The notes under the pieces are model-generated. The model saw nothing but the letters and a program-made list of their open reading frames with translations. It ran no database searches and was not told the DNA's origin. From Candidatus Aminicenantales bacterium (GTDB taxonomy: Bacteria > Acidobacteriota > Aminicenantia > Aminicenantales > Saccharicenantaceae), in NCBI GenBank assembly GCA_049513915.1, contig JBEKVN010000001.1, forward strand, positions 158,283-222,282: 64,000 nt of DNA, given 5' to 3'. This document shows positions 28,263-38,103 of the stretch, piece after piece. Made by a program: the position numbers and the translations under genes. Positions within the stretch are counted from its first letter, which is position 1. Every line of letters begins with the position of its first letter.

Positions 28263-29331
28263 TTTTCCGGCGGAGGTCCTTGTGGATGGTCGTGTTGAGG
28301 TAGTAAAGCTCCTCGAAATAGCGCTTCTTCTGGAGGGAAAGAAGGCCGAGGCTGATGAGCTGGATGGCCACGAGCAGGGCGATGCCGCCGACGATGAACG
28401 AATGGGGCGAGGCTGCGAAGGCTGCGCCGATGGCGTCGGATAATCTGTAGTCGAAGGACAGGCCGGGGCCCGCGGCCTTGCGATAGGCGTGGATCGTGTG
28501 GACAACCGTCCAGGTCAACGGATAAAGGGAGAGCACGAAAAGAAGGCCGCCCGGGACGATGAAAAACATGAAGGGCCGGAAGATGTATCCGGAGAGGATG
28601 TGATGGACCATGCTCCTCGCGACCTTCAGGGACGATTTTCTCCGTACCGCGAGAGACCCTGTCTCAAGAGCCGGCTTCCAATCGAGATGGGCCGGGCATT
28701 CCATGATCCGGGCCCGCAGGATCTTTGCTTTGTAGATGATTTCCGGGTTGATCTCGACGTCCATAGACTTAAGGGTCAACCGACGCAGGAATTTGCCGTC
28801 GTAGGCACGGACCATACCCGTGATCGTCGTGAGCTTGTCGGACTGGCTGTCCTTGGCGACCGTCATAGCCAAAAAACGGTTGGCCCAAAAGCTCAGGAGC
28901 CTGCGGGCCCAGGGAACGTTCGAGACCTTGCCGCCCTTAGCGTAGGGAGAGGCGATAACGATCTTGGCCCCCGTCTCTTTCATCCGGGCCAGCATCCGGC
29001 CGACATGCGCGGGGGTGTAGCTGAGGTCGATGTCCAGGACGGCGACATAATCGCCCTTGCTTTCATTAAAGGCGAATCGGAGGGCCTGCCCGAGCTTGAA
29101 ATTGAACTTGTGATGGAGGACGACTACACGACCCCGCTCCGCCGCGAAAGAGTCGGCGATCTTGCCGGTCGCGTCGGTGCTCCCATCGTCGACCACGATC
29201 AGCTCCCAGCGGTATTCCGCCTCGAGGCTGGCCAGGTATTCGCAGATGATGGACAAATTGTGTTGGATGATCTGTTCTTCGTTGTAGGCCGGGACGATGA
29301 CCGTGAGGAGAGGCTTCTCTGGAGGCATCAT
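28252..29331 (-). CDS. GT2 polyprenyl-phosphate sugar synthase (DPM1/GtrB/ArnC-like) with C-terminal TM helices
   Basis: PLLTVIVPAYNEEQ, VVDDGSTD and DID motifs, plus two C-terminal membrane helices. This architecture is typical of bactoprenol-P-sugar synthases. Confidence 0.7.
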   Translation of the reverse strand: MMPPEKPLLTVIVPAYNEEQIIQHNLSIICEYLASLEAEYRWELIVVDDGSTDATGKIADSFAAERGRVVVLHHKFNFKLGQALRFAFNESKGDYVAVLDIDLSYTPAHVGRMLARMKETGAKIVIASPYAKGGKVSNVPWARRLLSFWANRFLAMTVAKDSQSDKLTTITGMVRAYDGKFLRRLTLKSMDVEINPEIIYKAKILRARIMECPAHLDWKPALETGSLAVRRKSSLKVARSMVHHILSGYIFRPFMFFIVPGGLLFVLSLYPLTWTVVHTIHAYRKAAGPGLSFDYRLSDAIGAAFAASPHSFIVGGIALLVAIQLISLGLLSLQKKRYFEELYYLNTTIHKDLRRKNDQ

Positions 29332-30305
29332 GCTCCTTTCGCCCTGAGGCTTCGGACCCTCGATCGCCCTTTTTTAACCATGAGCGATTCGGCATAGACA
29401 TCCATAGGCACGAGTTGGAACTTCTTCGAAAGGATTTCCATGACTCTCGAGAGCGCCCTCTGCTTCTTCTCTTTTATTATGTCCATGCCGGGAAAAAAGG
29501 CAAGCCCGGGAACCTCTTCGGCGCTCAGGAAATCGAGGGGATGGAGAAGGAAGCTCAGGCCGGTCCGGGTCCACCGGCACAAATTCGCGGCGGTCCCGAG
29601 ATAATCGAGCATCAAGGCGTCGGAAAAACGGGCCATATAGAGAAGATAGCTGAAATGGATCGGGACTTTGAAAAACGGCATAGTCGTCACGGGGATTTCC
29701 AACAAACGTCCTCCGCCTGGAAGAGCCCAAGAATAGGGTTTTACCGGCAGGAGGGCCTCGCGAAAGCCGCCGAAGAGCTTTTTCCGGTCCCTCTTTTCGT
29801 CGGGGGTGAGGTCGGATTTCCAGAAGTAATAGAGACGCCCAAGCGGGCCGATCCACGTCGGGAGCGTCGAAGCGTCATAGTTGTAGTCGAGCTCCTTCAA
29901 GACGAGGATTAAGTCTTCGCTCCAGCTGAAGCCCGGTCCGCGGAAGCCGGCCGGTCTTCGTCCTGTGGCTTCTTGGATGGCTTTTTCTGCAAGAAGGATC
30001 TCTTCCCGGATCTTCTCCCGTGGGAAAAGATGGAGCCACGGCTCGTGCCGATGGGAGTGATTCCCGACGTCGTGGCCGTTTCTGGTGATCTCGGCCAGGG
30101 CTCTACGGTTCTTGTCCAGCGCGGCATCCTGACCCACGACGAAGAAGGTCATTTTCAAGTCCAGGCGGCCGCAAAAATCGAGGACCTGCGGGATTAAGAT
30201 GTCCAAATAGGAAGGGTAATCCTCCCATCCCGTATCGCCGTGGGTCTTCACGTAGGACCACTTGTTGTCGAGGTCGAGAGAAAGCGCGGCCAGGGGCTTT
30301 TTCAT
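29328..30305 (-). CDS. Polysaccharide deacetylase (CE4, NodB homology domain)
   Basis: MTFFVVGQDA and GNHSHRHE are classic NodB motifs. Start at Met-30 (ATG 30303-30305) makes an ATGA overlap with the upstream stop. Confidence 0.75.
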   Translation of the reverse strand: MKKPLAALSLDLDNKWSYVKTHGDTGWEDYPSYLDILIPQVLDFCGRLDLKMTFFVVGQDAALDKNRRALAEITRNGHDVGNHSHRHEPWLHLFPREKIREEILLAEKAIQEATGRRPAGFRGPGFSWSEDLILVLKELDYNYDASTLPTWIGPLGRLYYFWKSDLTPDEKRDRKKLFGGFREALLPVKPYSWALPGGGRLLEIPVTTMPFFKVPIHFSYLLYMARFSDALMLDYLGTAANLCRWTRTGLSFLLHPLDFLSAEEVPGLAFFPGMDIIKEKKQRALSRVMEILSKKFQLVPMDVYAESLMVKKGRSRVRSLRAKGA

Positions 30306-31969
30306 GAGTGGACGGCCTTTTGGACCAGACGCGAGGCAAATCCGTCCCAACCGGCCGGTTCCTCCACCGGGCCGGGGTCGGCGAGGAGGCATCCGGTCGT
30401 GCAGGTTTCCGCGATGGCCTTGACTTTTTCGAAACCGGCCCGGTTGAACTCGTCCAAGGCATAGCGGTCGTTGGCAAAACGGATGAAGGAGTCGACCTCG
30501 TTGGAGAAGCCCGTCTTCATGGCCCGGAAGCCGTGGTAGACGGCGTCGACGAATTCGAGCGGTGGCCTGGTCTTGCCGCGTCCTAAGCCATGGAAGGCGA
30601 TGTCCTTAGCCGGACTATCCGTCCGGCCGAGCAGGTTGCAGCCGTCGAAGATGTGTTTCAATCTCGGCGCCGCCCGCAATATCGACTCCAAGTTCTCGCG
30701 GTAGGCGCGGTGGCCCGCGCAAAACACGAGCAGATCGGCTTTCCCGAGGGCTTCGTCAAGGTCCCGTGTGAAGTGCCCGGTGAGCCGGGATTTTTTCAAA
30801 TTCTGATCATCCTTTTTGACGTAGGGATCATGGAGAACGACATCGGCGCCCTTGGCCAGCAGCAAGTTGGCCAGGACGAGCGTCGGCGAATTACGGGTAT
30901 CCTCGGAGTCTGGACGGTAAGCCGTGCCCATGAGCGCGAGGGTTTTGCCGGCGACGTCCCCCGAGCGCCGCTCGATGAGCGAGATCGCCACGGCCGGGGA
31001 CTCGTCGTTGATACGCCGCGCTTCGAGGATCAGACTGGAGGACATGTCCCGGCCGCTCTCGATCTGCCTCCAAAGGAGGAGGATCCCGTCCTTGGGAAGG
31101 CAGTGCCCCCCGACCCCGACCGTCGGGATGAGCAGGCCGCCGGTCGGGACCTCGCTCGAGGCCGAGGAGGCCAGGTCGCTCCACGCCAGGCGCCGGTTGA
31201 CTTCATCCCGGATGCAGTAATAGTCGATATCCTTATCTTCGCAGGCCCGGGCGATTTCGACCGAGTAGGCGATCCGGACGTCACGGTAGGCGTTCTCGAG
31301 CGTTTTCACGATCTCCGCGGTGAGGCTGTTCGTGAGATGGAGCTTGCCGTTGCGGACGATCGAGGAATATAGGGAGTGGATGAGCTTCGGCGTTCGAGGG
31401 TCGAGCCCGCCGGCGACCTTGTCGGATCGCCTAATCCGCTCCACGAGCCGGCCGGGCATGACGCGATTGGGGCTGTTGCCGAGAAGGATCGTCCGGCCGT
31501 CGGCGAAACCATGCCGGCCGAAAAGGTCCGCGACCCAGGTGGCCATGGATGTCGGGGCGAGGGTGGACTCGAAGATGACCAAGGGAGTCTTCCCGGAACG
31601 CCTTCTCTTGAGGGCTTCCGCCGTTCGATGGATCGCGTCTTCCAAGGGCTCGTAATCGGGCCCGAACCCCTTTTTATCGGTCTGGACGCAGATAAGGATC
31701 GCATCGGCCTCTCTGAGGTCGGCGTAATCATGGCTGGCCGTCAGCCGTCCCCGAGCGTGCGCTTCGGCCACGATCCCATCGAGCTCGGGCTCGATCCCTC
31801 CGATGGGGGATTTTCCGCGATTGATCGCGTCCACCTTCCAGCCCGAGGTCGGGGAGGCACGTTGGATGACGACGACGCGATGGCCGGCTTCGGCGAGCAG
31901 GGCGGCCATCGGGACTCCGACGATGCCCGCTCCGATGACCGCAATGTCCTGGATTTCCGTTTCCGGCAT
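30302..31969 (-). CDS. UDP-sugar 6-dehydrogenase (UDP-glucose/GDP-mannose dehydrogenase family; WbpA/WecC-like) with C-terminal extension
   Basis: IAVIGAGIVGVPMAALLAEAGHRVVVI (NAD site) and GGHCLPKD (catalytic Cys). Start at ATG 31967-31969. Confidence 0.8.
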   Translation of the reverse strand: MPETEIQDIAVIGAGIVGVPMAALLAEAGHRVVVIQRASPTSGWKVDAINRGKSPIGGIEPELDGIVAEAHARGRLTASHDYADLREADAILICVQTDKKGFGPDYEPLEDAIHRTAEALKRRRSGKTPLVIFESTLAPTSMATWVADLFGRHGFADGRTILLGNSPNRVMPGRLVERIRRSDKVAGGLDPRTPKLIHSLYSSIVRNGKLHLTNSLTAEIVKTLENAYRDVRIAYSVEIARACEDKDIDYYCIRDEVNRRLAWSDLASSASSEVPTGGLLIPTVGVGGHCLPKDGILLLWRQIESGRDMSSSLILEARRINDESPAVAISLIERRSGDVAGKTLALMGTAYRPDSEDTRNSPTLVLANLLLAKGADVVLHDPYVKKDDQNLKKSRLTGHFTRDLDEALGKADLLVFCAGHRAYRENLESILRAAPRLKHIFDGCNLLGRTDSPAKDIAFHGLGRGKTRPPLEFVDAVYHGFRAMKTGFSNEVDSFIRFANDRYALDEFNRAGFEKVKAIAETCTTGCLLADPGPVEEPAGWDGFASRLVQKAVHS

Positions 31970-31971
31970 GA

Positions 31972-33873
31972 TCAATGCTTCTCCGGGCGCTTCTTGTCGA
32001 TGAATTCCCTGAACCAGAGCTCGAGAGCCAGAAGCCCCCAAAGGCGGCGGCCGAAGGCTTCCTCCTGGCTGATTAGCTTCTCGACCTGGGCCGGGGCGAA
32101 GAGGCCGCGGTCCTTGCAGGCCGAAGACAGGAGAATATCCTGGCAGAAACCTCTTAGCTTGTTCCTTGCCCAGAGGTGGAGCGGGACAGGGAATCCCATC
32201 TTGTCTTTTCGTCCTAGGATGACGGGCGGGAGCAGGTCCCTCAGCGCGTGTTTGAAGATGTACTTCATCTCCGCGCCCTTGAATTTCAGGGCGGGAGGCA
32301 TGGAAGTGACCAATTCCACCAGGCGGTGATCGAGAAGAGGAACCCGGGACTCGAGGGAGACGGCCATGGTGACCCGGTCTTCTACGTGGAGAAGGGCGGG
32401 CAGGCTGGCGGACAGGTCGAAATGAACCATCTTGTTGTAGTAGGACAAGGTGTTCGGATTGTTGAAGACCTGCTGGAACCTGGCGAATATTCGGTCGATG
32501 GAGAAGCTCCTGTTGAACTCGTAGCTCAGGATGCTCCGGTCGCTCCTCCCGCCCCTGTTGATCAGCCGGAAATACCGGGCGTCCATCGGCTCGAAAAGGC
32601 CGTCTTGCCAGAATTTCTGAAGCATGGGAACGTATTGCTTGACGGCCGGCAAGTTGGGCAGTATGGAGTGAAGGGAGACGATGTGCTCGCCCTCGTCGTT
32701 GGTCTCGAAGATGGCGCCCTTGAGTGCCTGTTCGAGATAAGCGATAACGTATCGCGTGTAGCCGCCGAAGATCTCGTCCCCGCCTTGGCCCCCGAGGACG
32801 ACTTTGACATGTTGGGCGGCCAGGCGAGAGACCATATATTGGGGGAAAAGCCCGGGCCCGGCCATCGGCTCGTCCATGTGATAGATCAAGCGGGGGAGGA
32901 GGGAAATGAAATCGTCCTCCGTCGGGAAGATTTCGAAGACGTCGGCTTCGCAGGCTGCGGCCACGGCCCGGGCGTAGGCGGTTTCATCGAATTCCGGGCC
33001 TTCCTTGAAGGCGCCCGTGAATGTCTTGAGCCGCTGCGGGTAAGCACGCGACGCCAGCATGGTGATCACGCTGGAATCGATCCCGCCGCTCAGATAGGCC
33101 CCTACGGGGACATCGCTTCTCAGCTGGATGCGGACCGAGTCCTCGAGCAGGCCCCTGAGCCGATCGGCGAAATCTGCTTCTGTGGTCCGGGTATCCACCG
33201 TGAAGTCCAGCTCCCAATATTTCACCGCCCTCGTGTCGTAGGTTTCGAGGTCGATGAGGAGATAGTAGGCCGGCGGGACCTTGTGAATACCTTTGAACAG
33301 AGTCTCGGAGTTGAAAACGAACTGAAGGACCAGATACTCTTGGATGGCATCCATGTCCGGTTCGGCCTTGACGGCCGGGTGCTCGAGCAGGGCCTTGATC
33401 TCCGAACCGAAGACGAGGTGCCGCTTGTCTTCGAAATAATAGAGGGGCTTGATGCCGAAATGATCCCGGGCGGCCATGACCCTCTTCCTTTCCCGATCGT
33501 AGAGCACAAATGCGAACATGCCGTTCAGGCGCCGGATGAAATCGGGGCCATCCTCGAGATAGAGATGCAGCATGACCTCGGTGTCGGATTGAGTGGAAAA
33601 GACGTGGCCGGCCTGCTTCAGGGACTCCCGCAATTCGATGTAGTTGTAGATCTCCCCGTTGAAGACGATGGTCAGGGGCCCAAAGCTCATCGGCTGCTTC
33701 CCCGATACGAGGTCGATGATGGAGAGCCGCTTGTGGTAGAGCCCGGCGCCCCCCTCGATCCAATGGCCCTCTTCGTCGGGACCGCGGTGGCTGATTTTTT
33801 CCGCCATCCGCGCGAGCAGGCGGAAATCGACAGGCGCTCGGTCTTTGTTGAAGATGCCCACGAAACCGCACAT
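31972..33873 (-). CDS. Asparagine synthase-family glutamine amidotransferase (EpsI/WbpS-like, probable uronate amidation)
   Basis: N-terminal nucleophile MCGFVGIF and PP-loop SGGIDSS in the synthetase domain. 633 aa. Confidence 0.85.
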   Translation of the reverse strand: MCGFVGIFNKDRAPVDFRLLARMAEKISHRGPDEEGHWIEGGAGLYHKRLSIIDLVSGKQPMSFGPLTIVFNGEIYNYIELRESLKQAGHVFSTQSDTEVMLHLYLEDGPDFIRRLNGMFAFVLYDRERKRVMAARDHFGIKPLYYFEDKRHLVFGSEIKALLEHPAVKAEPDMDAIQEYLVLQFVFNSETLFKGIHKVPPAYYLLIDLETYDTRAVKYWELDFTVDTRTTEADFADRLRGLLEDSVRIQLRSDVPVGAYLSGGIDSSVITMLASRAYPQRLKTFTGAFKEGPEFDETAYARAVAAACEADVFEIFPTEDDFISLLPRLIYHMDEPMAGPGLFPQYMVSRLAAQHVKVVLGGQGGDEIFGGYTRYVIAYLEQALKGAIFETNDEGEHIVSLHSILPNLPAVKQYVPMLQKFWQDGLFEPMDARYFRLINRGGRSDRSILSYEFNRSFSIDRIFARFQQVFNNPNTLSYYNKMVHFDLSASLPALLHVEDRVTMAVSLESRVPLLDHRLVELVTSMPPALKFKGAEMKYIFKHALRDLLPPVILGRKDKMGFPVPLHLWARNKLRGFCQDILLSSACKDRGLFAPAQVEKLISQEEAFGRRLWGLLALELWFREFIDKKRPEKH

Positions 33874-33886
33874 GCTTAAAGACCTC

Positions 33887-35005
33887 TCATTGGGTCAGCC
33901 CGGCCAGGATTTTGACGATCCGCTCGGATGTCTTGCCGTCCCCGAAATAGGGGGGAGGTTCCGGGAGGTCCGCGCGGTCCAATTTTGCAAAGGCCCGGAC
34001 GATGGCTTCGGTCTTTGCGCCCGCGACGATGTTCCAGCCGCTCTCCACCGTTTCCGTCCATTCAGTTTCGTCTCGCAGGGTGACGCAGGGGACACGGGCG
34101 AAATAGGCTTCCCGCTGAACACCCCCCGAGTCCGTCAATATGGCTTTGGCCTGAGACTCCAGGGCGACCATGTCCAGGTAGTTGATAGGAGGGATCAGCC
34201 GGACATGTCGATTCATGGGCATAGGGAGCTTATTGTCGAGCAGCGATTTGCGTGTCCGGGGATGAAGGGGCACGATAATCGGGCAGCGCTCGTTCGCCAG
34301 CTCCGAAAAGGAGGAGAAAATGGAATGTAATCGGACAGGATCATCGGCATTCTCCTGCCTGTGGACCGTGGCCAAACAATAAGAATGGCGCTTGAGATCG
34401 AGGGTCCGAAGGACTTCGGATGTCTTCAACGCGACTTTCTTGTGGAGCAGGAACGCATCCAACATGACGTCCCCGACCCGGTGGACGCCCCGGACGATGC
34501 CCTCCGTCTTCAGATTCAGGATGGACGCTTCCGTCGGGCAGAAGAGCAGGCTCGAGATCCGGTCCGTGAGTATCCGGTTGATTTCCTCGGGCATGCGGCG
34601 ATTATGGCTCCTCAAGCCGGCCTCGACGTGAGCGATCGGGATGTTCATTTTCACCGCGGCCAGCGCCCCGGCAAGAGTCGAATTCGTATCCCCATAGACG
34701 AGGGCCAGGTCCGGGCGTTCCTCTATCAAGACACCCTCGATGCGGGCCAGCATTTTGGCCGTCTGCTCGCCGTGTCGACCCGACCGTACGCCAAGATGAT
34801 ATTGGGGGGTGGGGATATCGAGCTGGTCGAAAAAAACCTGGCTCATTTCGGAGTCGTAATGCTGCCCCGTGTGGACCAGGACCTCATCCAGCCGCGGGGC
34901 CTGCTTTCGACGGTTGTAGGCCTTGATCGCCTTGTTCACAACGGCCGCCTTTACGAATTGCGGGCGTGTGCCCACGATCGTCACGAGCCGAACAGTCTTT
35001 TTCAT
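33887..35005 (-). CDS. wecB: UDP-N-acetylglucosamine 2-epimerase, non-hydrolysing (copy 2)
   Basis: VTIVGTRPQFVKAAVV...HTGQHYD...DSGGVQREA. A clear paralog of the 18062-19198 gene. Confidence 0.85.
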   Translation of the reverse strand: MKKTVRLVTIVGTRPQFVKAAVVNKAIKAYNRRKQAPRLDEVLVHTGQHYDSEMSQVFFDQLDIPTPQYHLGVRSGRHGEQTAKMLARIEGVLIEERPDLALVYGDTNSTLAGALAAVKMNIPIAHVEAGLRSHNRRMPEEINRILTDRISSLLFCPTEASILNLKTEGIVRGVHRVGDVMLDAFLLHKKVALKTSEVLRTLDLKRHSYCLATVHRQENADDPVRLHSIFSSFSELANERCPIIVPLHPRTRKSLLDNKLPMPMNRHVRLIPPINYLDMVALESQAKAILTDSGGVQREAYFARVPCVTLRDETEWTETVESGWNIVAGAKTEAIVRAFAKLDRADLPEPPPYFGDGKTSERIVKILAGLTQ

Positions 35006-35260
35006 TTGGTATCAATCACGACCATCATCAGCCGTCAAGTCGGCCGGATCCCAGCCGTGCTGCCGGATACCATTCTTGTTGTTTTAGGCAAAAATATCAA
35101 TACTCGTGACGGATTAGCTAGGGGGTGATAATTACGTGCCGAAGATCACCTCAAAGGGTGAGGCCGGGCGTCTCCATTTGCCCGGTTGACTATAAGGCGA
35201 GCGATCTTTCTTGATGTAAATGCCTCAATAGATATAATAGGGCCAGCGAACACGCCAACA

Positions 35261-36787
35261 ATGGCAAAAATCAGAGGGCTTTTGCGTTCCTTCGACAAAA
35301 ACTCACGGGCGGCCCTTTTCCCGATTCTTATCCATCTTTCCATCACTATTCCGCTGGCTGCGGCGCTCAACATATGGATCGATGAAGCCCATACGATGAA
35401 CACCATCAGCGGCTCCTTGTCTCATACGCTCGACAGGGCGATGAGTTTCGAGATGCAGCCTCCCTTGTACTTCATTTTCATGAACCTCTGGGCAAGATTG
35501 GGATCCTCGGTTCTTTTCCTGAGATTATTCTCCGTCCTCTGCATGATCTCGGCCATCTGGCTGGCCTCGCGGATATCGAAGAGCATGTTTCCCGAGCTCC
35601 ATCCCGGTTGGCTGCCTCTGGCCGTCGCGATCAATCCCTACGCTATATGGGCCGCGACGGAAATGCGGTTATATGCTTTCCTTGTCCTCTTGACTTCGGC
35701 CCTCCTCTTGACGTTCTACCAGGGATTCCTGTCGGACGACCCGGCAGCGAAGGGAAAAAGGAAATGGTTTTTCGTTTTTTGCGTGCTGTCCCTCTATACC
35801 CAGTATTACGCGGCATTCCTGCTCACAGCCATGTTCTTAGGGCTCGTTCTATTGAAGAGATGGGGGCCGCTGAAAAAGCTCGCTGGATATTATGTTTTGG
35901 TAGTCGCCAGCGTTCTTCCGATTCTCTTGGCCGCGGTGCGGCAGACGGCGCAGCACCGGAAGTTCATGATTGCCGATAACGGTGTCCTAAACTATTTATC
36001 CGTGGGAACTCGCTTCCTGCGCTATCTTTTGAGGCTGGAATGGATGCCCTCGCCGATCTACATGTTTATTTACACTGCCTGCCTGGCCGGCTTCCTGGGT
36101 TTTATCATGAAGCATCGTAAGAATCTCAGAGACGTACATAAAATGATTGGGGTCATGATCCTCATCGTCACAGTTTTTTACCTAGCATCCATGCCTTTTG
36201 TAAATAACGAACTGGTCAATACCAGACATACCACCGTACTGTTCATTCCCGCGCTCCTGCTACTGGTTGCCGCCCTGAGTCTCCTGCCTGCGGACCGAAG
36301 AAGGAAAAGTGCCATCGGTGCGCTCTTGGTAATGGCGTTGGCAAATGCAATCTACATGGTCGGGGAATACTCGCCAATGGCAAAATTCGGGGATTCTCGG
36401 AGAGTCGCCGAATACATCGCCAACAATGAAGTGTCCGGACAGCCCATATTGGTTTTCATATCAGAGTTGGCCCTGCCCTTCGCTTATTATTATTCGGGCA
36501 AAAATATCGTCATTCCGATACCGGATAAAGCTCCGACAACCTACTATGATGTGAACGACTTTGCCCTGAAAAGCGAACAGGATATCACTCGGGCTGTCGA
36601 TAGGGAGGGATTGCGGCCGGAGTATGTCTGGGTCGTCACTTGGGGATTATGCGAGTACCTTGGGGTGGACTATCACTGCGAAATATTGGAGAAATATATC
36701 CAGAATTCCTTCACCGTCGAAGACGATAAGAGCTTTTACCATTCAAGGGTACGCCTGCTACGCCTAAAGAACATAAGCGGACCATAA
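35261..36787 (+). CDS. GT-C-fold membrane glycosyltransferase (ArnT/PMT family-like)
   Basis: Short cytoplasmic N-terminus, TM1, then NIWIDEAHT (the DE motif in the first periplasmic loop typical of ArnT/PMT). More than 10 TM helices plus a C-terminal soluble domain. ATG 35261 is preferred over the TTG at 35186. Confidence 0.55.
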   Translation: MAKIRGLLRSFDKNSRAALFPILIHLSITIPLAAALNIWIDEAHTMNTISGSLSHTLDRAMSFEMQPPLYFIFMNLWARLGSSVLFLRLFSVLCMISAIWLASRISKSMFPELHPGWLPLAVAINPYAIWAATEMRLYAFLVLLTSALLLTFYQGFLSDDPAAKGKRKWFFVFCVLSLYTQYYAAFLLTAMFLGLVLLKRWGPLKKLAGYYVLVVASVLPILLAAVRQTAQHRKFMIADNGVLNYLSVGTRFLRYLLRLEWMPSPIYMFIYTACLAGFLGFIMKHRKNLRDVHKMIGVMILIVTVFYLASMPFVNNELVNTRHTTVLFIPALLLLVAALSLLPADRRRKSAIGALLVMALANAIYMVGEYSPMAKFGDSRRVAEYIANNEVSGQPILVFISELALPFAYYYSGKNIVIPIPDKAPTTYYDVNDFALKSEQDITRAVDREGLRPEYVWVVTWGLCEYLGVDYHCEILEKYIQNSFTVEDDKSFYHSRVRLLRLKNISGP

Positions 36788-38023
36788 TCAACTCACCAAG
36801 TTCAGTCTAAAAACAGCGTACTTCATCAAGGACTTGATATCACCGCCCCACTGCGTTTCCGCGCGGATGACCCAGTTTTTATCCGCTTGAAATGAATGTG
36901 TCGAAAAGTCGAACGACTTGATCTCGACATACTTCTCATCGATACAATACCCCCCCGTGCGGGCGCATTGATCCAGGGATTGGCGAGTCGGCGATTTCGG
37001 GGCCTCCGAATCATGAACGGAAACGTGCGAGTTCGGATAGAGCACGTACCTGGCCATGTGGAAATCGAGGGCGACGGGATCCGTGGATGCGGCGATGGCC
37101 TTGGTATGGGCGACCGGCAAATTGGTCCTATCGATAAGACCACAAAACTCCGCTGTGGTGATATTGAGGTAAGGCCTTCGGACAGTTTTTAGGAAATATC
37201 CAACCTCGGCGCCGAGCATCCCCGGAACAGGCCCTTTCTTCGACCAATTGAACGCGAACGAATGGAAATTGTGATAATGATCGACCAATTTGCCGCCGCC
37301 GATGGGACTTGATCCCCCGCTCAGATCACTGACTCCAAGGTAATTCTTGACGGAGCTGGTCATGCCGCAAAACTGGCTGTGATGGTTGAGCGCCGCGCAG
37401 TTGATGAATTTAACCGGCTGAGGAGTATATGAGTCCTTCTCCCAAGCGCCCCACCGATAATCGATGATTGTCCCCTTGTCCGTTCGGATGATGGGATAAC
37501 TCATGATGACTTCACGCTTGTTTAGCCCAGGCAGGCCGTTGTCCATGGCCAGAAGCGGGATACCGCCCGATCCGTCGCATAGCACATACCCCGGCCCGTC
37601 AGGGGGGGAGTAGACCCTTTTCCCGCCGCTCCCGACGTCGATAAGGTGACACACGGAAAACCGGTCTCCAAAGGCTTTCTTGAGGCGGTCGGCCAGGCCG
37701 TTGTAGCTCTTAATGCCGGGCAGATCCGAATTTCGATCGAAATCGGTGTGCCAGCCACCCGTTTCCCAAGGCCTGGAGCCCCTATGGACATTCTCCGCGA
37801 TTACGACTTCGCCCTTGAATCCGCCCCTCTTCTCCATGATCAGAGTGATCAGCGCTTCGACGGCGGCGATGTTGGGCGCGCCCTGGTTGAACCACTGAAG
37901 ATTCGGCTTGATGATGACGATGTCGTCATCGCCGAAGAGCCTTTCCGCGCCGCCCATCATCGCCAGGACTTTCTCCATGTTCTCGGAGGGGGATCCATTG
38001 ACGGCACGAAAGACCTTAGCCAT
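36788..38023 (-). CDS. DUF362-domain protein
   Basis: DDIVIIKPNL near the N-terminus and overall length match the DUF362 family. Function unknown. Confidence 0.5.
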   Translation of the reverse strand: MAKVFRAVNGSPSENMEKVLAMMGGAERLFGDDDIVIIKPNLQWFNQGAPNIAAVEALITLIMEKRGGFKGEVVIAENVHRGSRPWETGGWHTDFDRNSDLPGIKSYNGLADRLKKAFGDRFSVCHLIDVGSGGKRVYSPPDGPGYVLCDGSGGIPLLAMDNGLPGLNKREVIMSYPIIRTDKGTIIDYRWGAWEKDSYTPQPVKFINCAALNHHSQFCGMTSSVKNYLGVSDLSGGSSPIGGGKLVDHYHNFHSFAFNWSKKGPVPGMLGAEVGYFLKTVRRPYLNITTAEFCGLIDRTNLPVAHTKAIAASTDPVALDFHMARYVLYPNSHVSVHDSEAPKSPTRQSLDQCARTGGYCIDEKYVEIKSFDFSTHSFQADKNWVIRAETQWGGDIKSLMKYAVFRLNLVS

Positions 38024-38103
38024 GATATCCTTCTATTTCTTTAACGGGGGTTTCCTGGATTCCTTGGCGGACCAGCAAGTATCTCTGGCTTCATCCGACC
38101 TGA

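Noticed and set aside
26910-28505. 81-aa Ser/Pro/Thr-rich N-terminal extension of the FAD oxidoreductase ORF
   Set aside because: It overlaps the upstream GT2 gene. The Rossmann GxGxxG motif sits right after the internal Met at 28262.
30590-33879. Plus-strand ORFs of 260, 317 and 543 aa antisense to the dehydrogenase and asparagine synthase genes
   Set aside because: They show no recognisable motifs and a low-complexity R/G/P/D-rich composition. The minus-strand genes carry unambiguous catalytic signatures (GGHCLPKD, MCGFVG, SGGIDSS).
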